The translations under genes and the position numbers were made by a program. Below are positions 55,712 to 64,000 of a stretch of 64,000 nt of DNA, piece by piece; within the stretch, counting starts at the first letter, position 1; every line of letters starts with the position of its first letter. Below the pieces are notes generated by a model. It was not told the origin of the DNA. It did no database searches and worked only from the letters and a program-made list of their open reading frames with translations. The DNA is from Candidatus Latescibacterota bacterium (GTDB lineage: Bacteria > Latescibacterota > UBA2968 > UBA8231), in assembly GCA_965219385.1 (NCBI GenBank), contig CBDCNM010000002.1, positions 2,350,936-2,414,935 of the forward strand, read 5' to 3'.

Positions 55712-56683
55712 CTAGCAAATCATCCCGCGCTTGGCCCGGATTCCGTGGGCCGGCGGGTCCTCTCCAATCCAGCGCTCGTCCACCGGCTCGGAAGCCAGTT
55801 GATAGCGGGAGTCCGACGACAGACGGATCCGCTCGGTCTGATTATCCGAACTGGCGTGCAGGATGTACATGCAGAAGACCAGCAAATCGCCCATTTCGTA
55901 CTCGGTGCTCAGCCAGCGTCCGCCGAGCCGGCGCTGGACTTCTAGGGCATCGGTGGAATAAGCCCCGGTGGAATTCCAGCGGATCTGCGCGCCCTCCTCT
56001 GCGTTTAACGGACGATTTTCCGCCCGCGCCCGCTCGACGATCCGCCGGGCCTCGCCCCCTTCGTTTTCGCAATACGCATCCACATCGGTCTGGCCATAGG
56101 TCTGCGCCAGCTCCTCGATGCGATGCGAGTGCTCCAGGACCATCAATCCGCCCATCTCGTAGGGCACATCCCCCAGGGGTGTCCAGGAGGTGTAGAGCTG
56201 CCGGGTGCCCCTGCCCATGTAGACGATATCGCAATGGGGCTGGGTGGCGGTATTGGTGCCCGGCGTCTTGGCGCGAAACCAGGTGTAGTCGAAATGGCGC
56301 ACCGGACCGCCCAGATAAAATTCGTAGAACGCCCTCATGGGCCCCGCGTACAGCACCCTGTCCAGCGCCGGGTTGTCGCGCGTCAGCTCCGGCCTGAAAG
56401 AGAGGGTCTGGTCGGGTCTGACAAACCCTTCCACGAAAGGAAAGCGGTCGTCCAGCACTCCGGCCCGGAACAGGCGCTCAAGGACCGCATTGCGGGCTTC
56501 TAAAACCTGGTCTCGATCCAGCAGTCCGGGGAGGTAGAGGTATCCGTCAGCGGCCATGCGCCGGTGTAATTCTTCCCGATCATCCACGGCGTCGCTGGAA
56601 ACCCGCAATCTGCCAAAGTGCTCTGGGGAGGTGTCTATTTTGTCGCCGCAATAAGTAAGTTCTGGAATGGCCGCCGCGCTCAT
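55712..56683 (-). CDS. phytanoyl-CoA dioxygenase (PhyH) family protein
   Basis: DGYLYLPG, TQPHCD, WTPLGD, GGL..LE.SH, LHAS.DN, RLSSDSRYQ. Confidence 0.88.
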   Translation of the reverse strand: MSAAAIPELTYCGDKIDTSPEHFGRLRVSSDAVDDREELHRRMAADGYLYLPGLLDRDQVLEARNAVLERLFRAGVLDDRFPFVEGFVRPDQTLSFRPELTRDNPALDRVLYAGPMRAFYEFYLGGPVRHFDYTWFRAKTPGTNTATQPHCDIVYMGRGTRQLYTSWTPLGDVPYEMGGLMVLEHSHRIEELAQTYGQTDVDAYCENEGGEARRIVERARAENRPLNAEEGAQIRWNSTGAYSTDALEVQRRLGGRWLSTEYEMGDLLVFCMYILHASSDNQTERIRLSSDSRYQLASEPVDERWIGEDPPAHGIRAKRGMIC

Positions 56684-56817
56684 GGAATACCTTTCTTTTG
56701 GCAAGCCGTCTCAAATCTCCCGAGCGGCCCCAAGCGTGGCTGCAAGCGGGTTTTGAGACGATTTTTTATAAAAATAGCCCCTGGTATGGCTTCAGTCCAA
56801 TTTTTCATCCCCCCCAA

Positions 56818-56846
56818 TTGACCTGAAAATCATTCGGGGTTATCTT
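56818..56846 (+). promoter_or_regulatory. sigma70-type promoter
   Basis: TTGACC-N17-TATCTT upstream of carboxypeptidase. Confidence 0.5.
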
Positions 56847-56993
56847 AAGTTTATTCCCTCTCCTGACAACCCTGGATCTACCAGCAACATCCCGTTCCTC
56901 CTCGCCATCAATATCGCCCTTCTCGCGAGTCTGAACCACCGGTCCATTAAATCTGCGCTCGAAGCACCAGGCGCAGCGAAAGGTAGAGGATAC

Positions 56994-58139
56994 ATGCCGT
57001 TTACCAGGTGTCTTTTCCGTTTGTGGCTCTCTGCATTCTTCATTTATTTGACAACCCCGCTTGGCGCCACCGTCTTTGATCCGGGCGCAAAACCGCCCTA
57101 TGCCGCGGCCGTCCTGGTAGAAGCCGAAACCGGCGCCGTCCTCTTCGAGTACAACCTCCACCTCCAGCGCTCACCGGCCAGCACCCAGAAACTCCTGCTC
57201 GAACTGGTAGTCATGGACGCGGTCGCAGCTGGCAAGTTCGCTCTGGATGAGCCCGTCCAGGTCTCGGCCCGGGCCAGCCGCACGGGCGGCGCCCAGGTCT
57301 ATTTGAAGCAGGGCGAAATCTTCTCTCTGAAAGAGCTGATGGAGGCGATAGCCATCTCCTCGGCCAACGATGCCTGCGTGGCCGTGGCCGAGCACATCGC
57401 CGGTTCGGTGGAGGGCTTTGTGAACTTGATGAACACTCGCGCCCGGGACCTGGGTCTGCAACATACCTACTGCGTCAATGTCCACGGTCTCGACGACACC
57501 CCCAAAAACAACCGCAACCTGACCACGGCCCACGACCTGGCCCAGATCGCCCTTGCCCTGCTGCCCTATCCCCAGATCCTGGAGTGGTCCTCGATCCGCC
57601 GTAAGCCCTTTCGCCAGGGCAAATTCATACTCGATACCACCAACAAGTTGCTGGGCAAATTCAAGGGCCTGGACGGCCTCAAAACAGGCTATACCGGGCG
57701 TGCCTGCTTCTGTCTGGTGGCCACGGCCGTGCGCGGGGACATGCGGCTGGTCTCGGTGATTCTGGGAGCGCCCCACGAAAAAGCCCGTCGGCAGGAAACC
57801 GCACGCTTGCTGAGCTGGGGCTTCAATACCTTCTCCAAGGTGCCCCTGGTGCAGGCCGGGGTCCCCATGGGCAAGGTGCGACTGGACTGGGGCCTGGAAC
57901 CCGAGGTCCAGACGCAGAGCCGGGATACGGTAGTGGCGGTGCTGAGCCCGTTACAGGAAAAACAACTGGTGCGCAAACTCGAACTACCCGCCGAACTCCC
58001 GGCGCCGGTCCGGGCCGGGGAGGGCCTGGGCCTTCTCGAGATCACGCTGGGCGACAGCCTCCTGGCCCAGGTCAATCTGGTGGCCGAAAAGAGCGTTGGA
58101 CGCATGGGGCTGTGGGAAAAGTTTATGAGTTATTTTTAG
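56994..58139 (+). CDS. D-alanyl-D-alanine carboxypeptidase (peptidase S11)
   Basis: SxxK (STQK), SxN (SAN), KTG motifs; signal peptide; PBP5-like C-terminal domain. Confidence 0.93.
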   Translation: MPFTRCLFRLWLSAFFIYLTTPLGATVFDPGAKPPYAAAVLVEAETGAVLFEYNLHLQRSPASTQKLLLELVVMDAVAAGKFALDEPVQVSARASRTGGAQVYLKQGEIFSLKELMEAIAISSANDACVAVAEHIAGSVEGFVNLMNTRARDLGLQHTYCVNVHGLDDTPKNNRNLTTAHDLAQIALALLPYPQILEWSSIRRKPFRQGKFILDTTNKLLGKFKGLDGLKTGYTGRACFCLVATAVRGDMRLVSVILGAPHEKARRQETARLLSWGFNTFSKVPLVQAGVPMGKVRLDWGLEPEVQTQSRDTVVAVLSPLQEKQLVRKLELPAELPAPVRAGEGLGLLEITLGDSLLAQVNLVAEKSVGRMGLWEKFMSYF

Positions 58140-58175
58140 AGATCTGCTGGAACGAGACGATGGATATTTTCACCC

Positions 58176-59237
58176 TCAGTAGTGATCCGGCGCCACGGCC
58201 ATATCGCGATTTTGTAACGGCAGTTCGACCCGGGCTCCGCCCTGGCGGTGGGAAGCGATCATCCCCAGGATGATCTCCTGGCTGCGGCAGGCCAGGCGGA
58301 TATTGCCCTGGGTGTCGGTATCGTCGTCCAGGGCCCCGACCAAGTCCTCGAGCGCCTTGAGGGTGCCGCTTGTCAGGGTGAAATCCGGCGACGGAGCATC
58401 CATGAAACGGCCGTGTTCGTCCACCTTGCGCAGATGGTAACCCGCGCCGTTGTTGAGGATGCGCAACTTGCCCATGGTACCGCTGAGTTCGAATTCGTAG
58501 CCGCTCCCCGCCACCAGATAGGCGTGGACGTCGTTGTCGAAGTGGACGTAGCCCATGGAAATAGGCGCGTCTACCTTGAGTCGCTCGCCCTCCCAGTCGT
58601 CCTCCGAGGCCAGGGCCGTACCCTGGACAAAGTCCACCGCGCAGTCGCCGGCCATAAACAGCAGCATATCCGCTGCGTGGGTATGTCCCCACTGTGCCGC
58701 GCCCACCCCGCAATGCGCCAGGATCGCCTGCAAGTCGCCTATTTCCCCCTCTTCCACCAGGCGCCGGGCATCGCGGTACAGGGGTATGTAACGTCGCTGG
58801 GTGCCGTAGTTGAACTTTACCCCGTGGCGCTCGCAGGCACCCAGCATGGCATCGGCCTGGCGCATGGAATTGCACAGCGGTTTCTCGCAGTATATCCCTT
58901 TGATCCCGCTCTCGGCGGCAAAGACCGCGATTTCGGCGTGCGGCCCCGGACGGGTGGCAATGCAGAGGATATCCAGTTCTTCCCGGCGGATCATCTCCTG
59001 GTAGTCTTCATAGGCCTTTCCCGCATTGTAGCGCGCTCGAATGGTCTCGGCCTTTTCCCCCAGCGGATCGGACACCGCCACCAGGTCGGTGCGCTTGTAG
59101 GCCACCGCGCTCGCCGCGTGCGAATAGGGCAGGTGGGATTGCAGATTCGGCGCGTTGCGCGCGATGGCTTCGTCGTCGATGGTGGCGCCCATGCGGCCGC
59201 AGCCGGCCAGGCCCGCGCGGTAGGTCTTTTTTGTCAT
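58176..59237 (-). CDS. Gfo/Idh/MocA family oxidoreductase
   Basis: GLAGCGRMG, DIL.IAT..H, CEKP. Confidence 0.88.
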   Translation of the reverse strand: MTKKTYRAGLAGCGRMGATIDDEAIARNAPNLQSHLPYSHAASAVAYKRTDLVAVSDPLGEKAETIRARYNAGKAYEDYQEMIRREELDILCIATRPGPHAEIAVFAAESGIKGIYCEKPLCNSMRQADAMLGACERHGVKFNYGTQRRYIPLYRDARRLVEEGEIGDLQAILAHCGVGAAQWGHTHAADMLLFMAGDCAVDFVQGTALASEDDWEGERLKVDAPISMGYVHFDNDVHAYLVAGSGYEFELSGTMGKLRILNNGAGYHLRKVDEHGRFMDAPSPDFTLTSGTLKALEDLVGALDDDTDTQGNIRLACRSQEIILGMIASHRQGGARVELPLQNRDMAVAPDHY

Positions 59238-59359
59238 CTTGTCCTCGTTTTCTCCGGTCTTGACCAGTACCGGGTTTTATTATACATTAATCCCCAGCCG
59301 GGAACCGTCTTCAATAACGGGTATTGGTCAAACCCTGTAAAGGGATACGGTCCTTCGAT

Positions 59360-59436
59360 GGGCGATTAGCTCAGGTGGCTAGAGCGCCTGCTTGACATGC
59401 AGGAGGTCACTAGTTCAAGTCTAGTATCGCCCACCA
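59360..59436 (+). tRNA. tRNA-Val(GAC)
   Basis: Acceptor GGGCGAT/ATCGCCC, stem CCTGC/GCAGG with loop TTGACAT, GTTCAAGT, CCA. Confidence 0.96.
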
Positions 59437-59477
59437 AATTTCCAGCCGCTAACTTTGGCGGTTTATTGGTTAACGTG

Positions 59478-59506
59478 AGCCCCCGAAGATTGACTTCTCG
59501 GGGGCT
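59478..59506. terminator. possible terminator hairpin after tRNA-Val
   Basis: AGCCCCCGA..TCGGGGGCT stem; no clean U tail. Confidence 0.45.
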
Positions 59507-59614
59507 GTCGTTTCTGGCGCTTCTTCAAGCACTTGCGCCACTCCACACATCATTCCCGATTCTCCGTTTCGAAGCGGAACTCGTGGGGTACGAGTGCAAC
59601 CGTGGGGGTAGCTA

Positions 59615-60367
59615 TCAGTCCACCCGCTCGCCACCGCGCAGCACCGGCAGGCGATCGCCCCAAGGTTCGCCATTTCTCACCAAAATCAGATCGGGCACGT
59701 GGTACTGGGGCACATAACTCCGACGCGGCCGGTCCTTGGACGTATTGGGACCGCTTCTGTGCAATAACAGCGACGAGAACACGGCTACCTGCCCGGCGCG
59801 CATCTCCACGGGCATGGCTCCGGCCTCGTCTTCCAGCTGGGCGTTCTTGCCGCCGTAGCGCTCTGCGTCTTCTTCTTCCCGGACGTGCTCGAGCACGCCG
59901 CGCTTGTGGGACTCGGGAATGATCCATATGCAGCCGTTTTCCAAATCCGAGTCGGAGATCGCTGTCCAACACGTGATGTACTCCAACGGCTCCGTCGTCG
60001 TATAACCGGAATCCTGATGCCAATCGAACACCTTGCCGCGGCCTTCGGGCATTTTGGTCGTGGCCTGGTTGAAATAGAGATCGGCATCGTCCCCTATGAG
60101 CCGGCGACAGGCCTCCAGGTAAATCGGCTTTTTAACAAACTCGAGGGCCACCGGACTCAACGTGTGAAACTGGCTAAACGAGCGTCGCCCACGAGCGCTC
60201 TCCACTTCGGCCGCATTGCCACCGGCTTCTACCTCGCGCACGTGCTCGGCATATACCCGATCCATTTCCGCCGCCATGGGCTCGAGCTCGTCGGGCGCAA
60301 AGACGACATCGGTGACGAAATAACCCATCTCGCGAAACTGCTCTATGTCTCCAGTACTGATGAGCAT
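59615..60367 (-). CDS. phytanoyl-CoA dioxygenase (PhyH) family protein
   Basis: FREMGYF, WHQDSGY, TCWTA, ENGC.W.IP.SH, LLHRSGPN. Confidence 0.9.
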   Translation of the reverse strand: MLISTGDIEQFREMGYFVTDVVFAPDELEPMAAEMDRVYAEHVREVEAGGNAAEVESARGRRSFSQFHTLSPVALEFVKKPIYLEACRRLIGDDADLYFNQATTKMPEGRGKVFDWHQDSGYTTTEPLEYITCWTAISDSDLENGCIWIIPESHKRGVLEHVREEEDAERYGGKNAQLEDEAGAMPVEMRAGQVAVFSSLLLHRSGPNTSKDRPRRSYVPQYHVPDLILVRNGEPWGDRLPVLRGGERVD

Positions 60368-60497
60368 CACTGAGGTTTTCGTCTCATCTGTTTAAAGTCT
60401 CTCCACCAGGATAAATATACCACATGAAATTCAGCCAACCAAACTCTGGGAATCCCCCAACAAGGCTGCAGGCGGTTGGTTCTCCGGGGCCTGCCGT

Positions 60498-61490
60498 TCA
60501 GTCGGCACGTTTCTTACGGCACACGGCGACGGCGAAATCGCTGCGGATATCGCCGCTGGCCAGCAGGGCGTCCTCCACCTCGAAACACAGGTCGAGGAAG
60601 CGCCGGGTCTGGGGGTCGTCGTCCAGGAAATTGTGGGCGATCGAATTGAACAGCATATGCAGGATGGTTCCTCCGTAGGCCTTCACTTCGACCAAGTCGA
60701 ACAGCTTTCCCAGCAAAGGCAGGATGGCGGCCGCCTCGGCCGCTTCGGACGGGTCGCTCAGGCGCGCGCTGAGGCGGCTGGCCCGATGGACGCGCGTCTT
60801 GACAGTGCGGCCATCCGGCAGCAGCCGGTAGCGCCGGGGCAGGACGGCCAGCAGCCCGTTGATGGCCTCCAACTGGCGGGGTGTCCACTGGAAGCGGTTG
60901 GGGCCGACGTATTCGACGGCGATGAGATGGCCTTCGGGTTTGAGGAATCGATCGATGCGGCGCAGGACCGGTTCGAGGGGCGAGAAGTGGTGCAGGGCGC
61001 CCTCGACCAAGACCACATCGTAAAAGGCGGGCTGCACGGGGAGAGTGTGGGCGTCGCCCACGGCAAAGCGCACGGTCCGATCGTAGCCCTGTTCGGCGGC
61101 CCGGCGACGGGCGAAGTCAATGCGCTCGGGCGACAGGTCGTAGGCGTTGATGCGGGCGAAGCGCTCCAACTGGCTCCAGCGCGCTTCCCGCACCCCCGTG
61201 CCGCAGCCCAGCGACAGACCCCGTAGCCCCTGGCGGCCGTCCAGGTAGCGGCGGTCGATATAGGCATTGTAGTCAACGTCGTCCCGGCCCGAGATGAGTC
61301 GGTTCCAGCGCTGTTGCACCGCCGGGATATCCCACCAGTTGGTCGGTGGGGTCTGGGTGTGCGACCAGGCCAGGCGCACTTTGCGGTGCTGGGTACCGAC
61401 CAGCTTCAGCAGTACGCGCTTGAGCTGGCCGCGGCGGGCCTTATTCCACAGGAAGACGAGGTCGTGGATATTGACCAGATTGTCAAACAT
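60498..61490 (-). CDS. class I SAM-dependent methyltransferase
   Basis: LSLGCGTG, YDLS, ALHHF, LKPEG, EYVGPNRFQW, DPSEA. Confidence 0.88.
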   Translation of the reverse strand: MFDNLVNIHDLVFLWNKARRGQLKRVLLKLVGTQHRKVRLAWSHTQTPPTNWWDIPAVQQRWNRLISGRDDVDYNAYIDRRYLDGRQGLRGLSLGCGTGVREARWSQLERFARINAYDLSPERIDFARRRAAEQGYDRTVRFAVGDAHTLPVQPAFYDVVLVEGALHHFSPLEPVLRRIDRFLKPEGHLIAVEYVGPNRFQWTPRQLEAINGLLAVLPRRYRLLPDGRTVKTRVHRASRLSARLSDPSEAAEAAAILPLLGKLFDLVEVKAYGGTILHMLFNSIAHNFLDDDPQTRRFLDLCFEVEDALLASGDIRSDFAVAVCRKKRAD

Positions 61491-61878
61491 GGGCGGTCGC
61501 CTCAGGCCGGTTCTCGCGGGCTACCAGCAGCAGGTTCCAGGCGTTGCCCTCGACCCGGTGCAGCCGGTCCCCCCCCAGGCCGTCAGCTGTACCAGGGCGT
61601 ACAGCGGGCGCACCAGCGGCCCCAGATGGTCTATATAGCGGCCTTAGGTCCGGCCACCGGCATCAATGGTCGTCGGCGTCCCCTTGCGCAGGGTCGCTTT
61701 ATATAGCTGATGCGGCCGGTGGGCCTGGTACATTCTACACCCGGGCCGAAGACCCGCTCCTGCTGCTCCGAGGCCCGCCGTGTTACCTTCCGAGCGCTGG
61801 CAGACCGCGAGGGGCGAGATAGGGATTAGTCCCCCCCAATCGTTCATCCTGGGCCTGCCCTTCTACCTATCGGCTGGA

Positions 61879-62116
61879 TCACAGGCGCTCCTTGGCCCAT
61901 TGGACGACTGCTTCAGCGATCTCAACCTCTCCATATACTCCGGCACGGCAACAGGTCTGGCAATTCCGGGATAACGCGTGATCAAGGCGTATGGGGTTAG
62001 TTATTCAGCCTTGCGGACCATCTCTGGGATGGTCTCTCCTGTTTCTTCATCTTCTCCGGCTGGGCCACCTCCACAATGCGCCGGATGATGTCGTCCAACG
62101 TCTTTTTCTCAAGCAT
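61879..62116 (-). pseudogene. MNT-HEPN toxin-antitoxin remnant fused by internal deletion
   Basis: MLEKKTLDDIIRRIVEVAQPEK (nucleotidyltransferase N-terminus) joined to ETIPE..RKAE*LTPYALITRYPG...EY..VEIAEAVVQWAKERL (HEPN C-terminus) with internal stop and frameshift. Confidence 0.7.
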
Positions 62117-62258
62117 CCTTCAAGTCCCAATTTGCGAAGTCCTCAATGAACCTCGTCATGGCAATACCTCCAAATACCTTGTAATATACAATAATGCCTT
62201 ACTTGAAGGTAATGGAGCAAGGAACTAGCGCAGTGGCAATCGTGGGCTCTCTGCTTCC

Positions 62259-64000
62259 TCACTTGATCCCTTCCCACTCCACCACCTCCCGCCGCTCCAG
62301 GTGCGCCTCGACCTCGGCCCGGCTGCGCCACACCGGCCGCAGGTCCTGCCGCGCCATCAGCTCCAACTGGTCGCCCCGGTGCGGCGAATCCGGCTGGCTG
62401 GCATTGCCATAGCCCAGCAGCACCCGCGCCCGCACTGGCTCGCTGAATTCCACTACCGCCACATACGAATCGCCGCCGCGCACCTCGAATAGGCCGTCCG
62501 TGCTCCGGGCGAACCACAGGGTGCGGAAACCCGGCCCGCCGCTGGCCGGTAGATCCCGCCCGGCAAAGCGGAGGCGGTGGATTTCCCTCCAGGGGACATC
62601 GAGCGCCCCGTGCGTCTCTACCACCTTTTGGGCCGCCCGCTCTAAGGCCGCCACAGCGCCCCGGGGATCGGCCAGGCCGGAGGGCGTGCCCAGCGGGTCG
62701 TCCATCTGCCAAGTCGTGCGGAAAGGCACCCCTCCCACTTGAGCGGCCCACTCATCAAACAACACCGCCCCCCGACTGTCCGCGGCCACTCGCCGGTCCC
62801 ACGCGGCCAACACCGCGGCGGCCGGCCGCACCGAGTCGGCGCCGTGCTCTTCCACCGCGCTGAGCAAATCGTCGAGCACGCGGTCGGCCATTTCCCGGCG
62901 GGTCGAGTGCTTGTACTCGACCAGTTCCTCAAAGGTGATTGACGCATCCTCGCTCAGCATGCGCAGCGAGCGCTGTTGGCGAAAGCCCAGGTGCGGGGCC
63001 GGCGCCATATAGGGCGGAAAATCCCCCGGGTCCAGTAGAAGGGGCACCGTCGCGGTCCAGGGCGGATCGTTGGTGTTTTGCACCCAGCCGCTGGGCGGGT
63101 CAAGCAGGCGCGGTAGGTCCTCGTACGCGTGCGTCTCCGTCCACAGGGTTGCCGCCGTATTCCCCGGCGCCACGCCCCGCCAATAGTCCCAATCCCCGCG
63201 ATTCCGGCGCGGCGTGCGGCCCCCGAACAGATAGAGGATATGCCCGTCCCGGTCGGCGTACACCACGTTGAAGAAGGGCATCTGCAGGCGCCGGAGCGCC
63301 TCCTCGAACTGGGGCAGCGAGGTCGCCCGAATCATGTCCCAGTACTGCTCCATGAGATGGGGCCGGTCCAGGCCCACCAGGCGCAGGGCCACCGCCTTGT
63401 CCTGCTTGCGGGCCAGCACCGGTCCGTGCACCGAGCGCAATACGGGCAGCGGCTCGGCCCTGAGCGTCCCGTCTTCCTGCCGCACCCGCAAAGTGTCCAC
63501 GCTCCGCTCAAAGGCGCGCACGCCGCCGTCCCACCGGTAGCCGCCCTCCACCAGCTCCAGCTCGTACAGGTCGGCCCCGTCCATGGTGTTGTTCGTGTGG
63601 GTCCAGCCTAGGTGGTCGTTGAAGGCAATGCCCAAAATGGGAAAGCCCACCAGCGTCGCCCCATACGCGTCCAAACCCGGCCCTTGCAACTGCACTTCGA
63701 ACCAGGTGGTCATGCCGCCCCAGGGCAGGTGCGGGTTGGCCAGCAACAGGGCGTGGCCGCTGGCCGAGCGGGACGGAGCCACGGCCCAGGCATTGGACCC
63801 GGCCCGCTGCCAGCGCCCCGCCCCCCGGGCCTGGCTTCCACCGACAAAAGAGAGGTGGATGACGCGCTGCAAATGCGCCAGCACGTCCTCGGCCACCACC
63901 GGCAGTACCCGCCGCCTGTCTGGATCAAGCCGGTCGGGGTGGGCCTGGGCATAGGCGTTCATCCCGGCGACAAAGGCGTCGAGGTATGCGCGCATCTGGA
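62259..64000 (-). CDS. penicillin acylase family Ntn hydrolase (AHL acylase / glutaryl-7-ACA acylase-like), 5'-truncated by window edge
   Basis: GSNAWA beta-subunit start, LLANPHLPW, GWTHTN, FNVVYAD, QNTN. Confidence 0.92.
   Translation of the reverse strand, partial: QMRAYLDAFVAGMNAYAQAHPDRLDPDRRRVLPVVAEDVLAHLQRVIHLSFVGGSQARGAGRWQRAGSNAWAVAPSRSASGHALLLANPHLPWGGMTTWFEVQLQGPGLDAYGATLVGFPILGIAFNDHLGWTHTNNTMDGADLYELELVEGGYRWDGGVRAFERSVDTLRVRQEDGTLRAEPLPVLRSVHGPVLARKQDKAVALRLVGLDRPHLMEQYWDMIRATSLPQFEEALRRLQMPFFNVVYADRDGHILYLFGGRTPRRNRGDWDYWRGVAPGNTAATLWTETHAYEDLPRLLDPPSGWVQNTNDPPWTATVPLLLDPGDFPPYMAPAPHLGFRQQRSLRMLSEDASITFEELVEYKHSTRREMADRVLDDLLSAVEEHGADSVRPAAAVLAAWDRRVAADSRGAVLFDEWAAQVGGVPFRTTWQMDDPLGTPSGLADPRGAVAALERAAQKVVETHGALDVPWREIHRLRFAGRDLPASGGPGFRTLWFARSTDGLFEVRGGDSYVAVVEFSEPVRARVLLGYGNASQPDSPHRGDQLELMARQDLRPVWRSRAEVEAHLERREVVEWEGIK

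Noticed and set aside
59437..64000. Genomic island integrated at tRNA-Val
   Set aside because: Accessory-looking genes and remnants follow the tRNA, but no integrase or duplicated tRNA 3' end is visible within the window.

Overview
GC-rich bacterial chromosomal window, mostly housekeeping genes. Its gene content (four PhyH dioxygenases, a CRTAC1/ASPIC protein, double-length UvrA, DUF2723) resembles Latescibacterota/PVC-like lineages; that taxonomy is inference only. Left to right it holds: the end of a surface-polysaccharide cluster (phosphomannomutase, methyltransferase, O-antigen ligase/polymerase, three GT4s, priming sugar transferase), an HpcH aldolase, uppP, ackA, a membrane-anchored pentaheme cytochrome/TPR gene coupled to a CRTAC1 beta-propeller lipoprotein, catabolic genes, a frameshifted glycogen debranching gene, acs, moeA, a lone Cys-free rpsR, three adjacent IS elements (IS5, IS630, IS1380 remnant), intein-containing nrdJ with NrdR boxes, map, topA, xerC, pheA, thyA, tRNA-Cys/Leu, fused double uvrA, DUF2723-GT2, namZ, a D,D-carboxypeptidase, tRNA-Val and a partial Ntn acylase. 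No CRISPR array or prophage is visible. The most striking unannotated signal is mutational. Apparently unconstrained sequence (all three IS elements and probably the intein endonuclease) differs from remembered family consensus mostly by A>C / T>G transversions. The window also has many exact two-copy micro-duplications (5-21 bp) and several genes collapsed by internal deletions that keep both ends.
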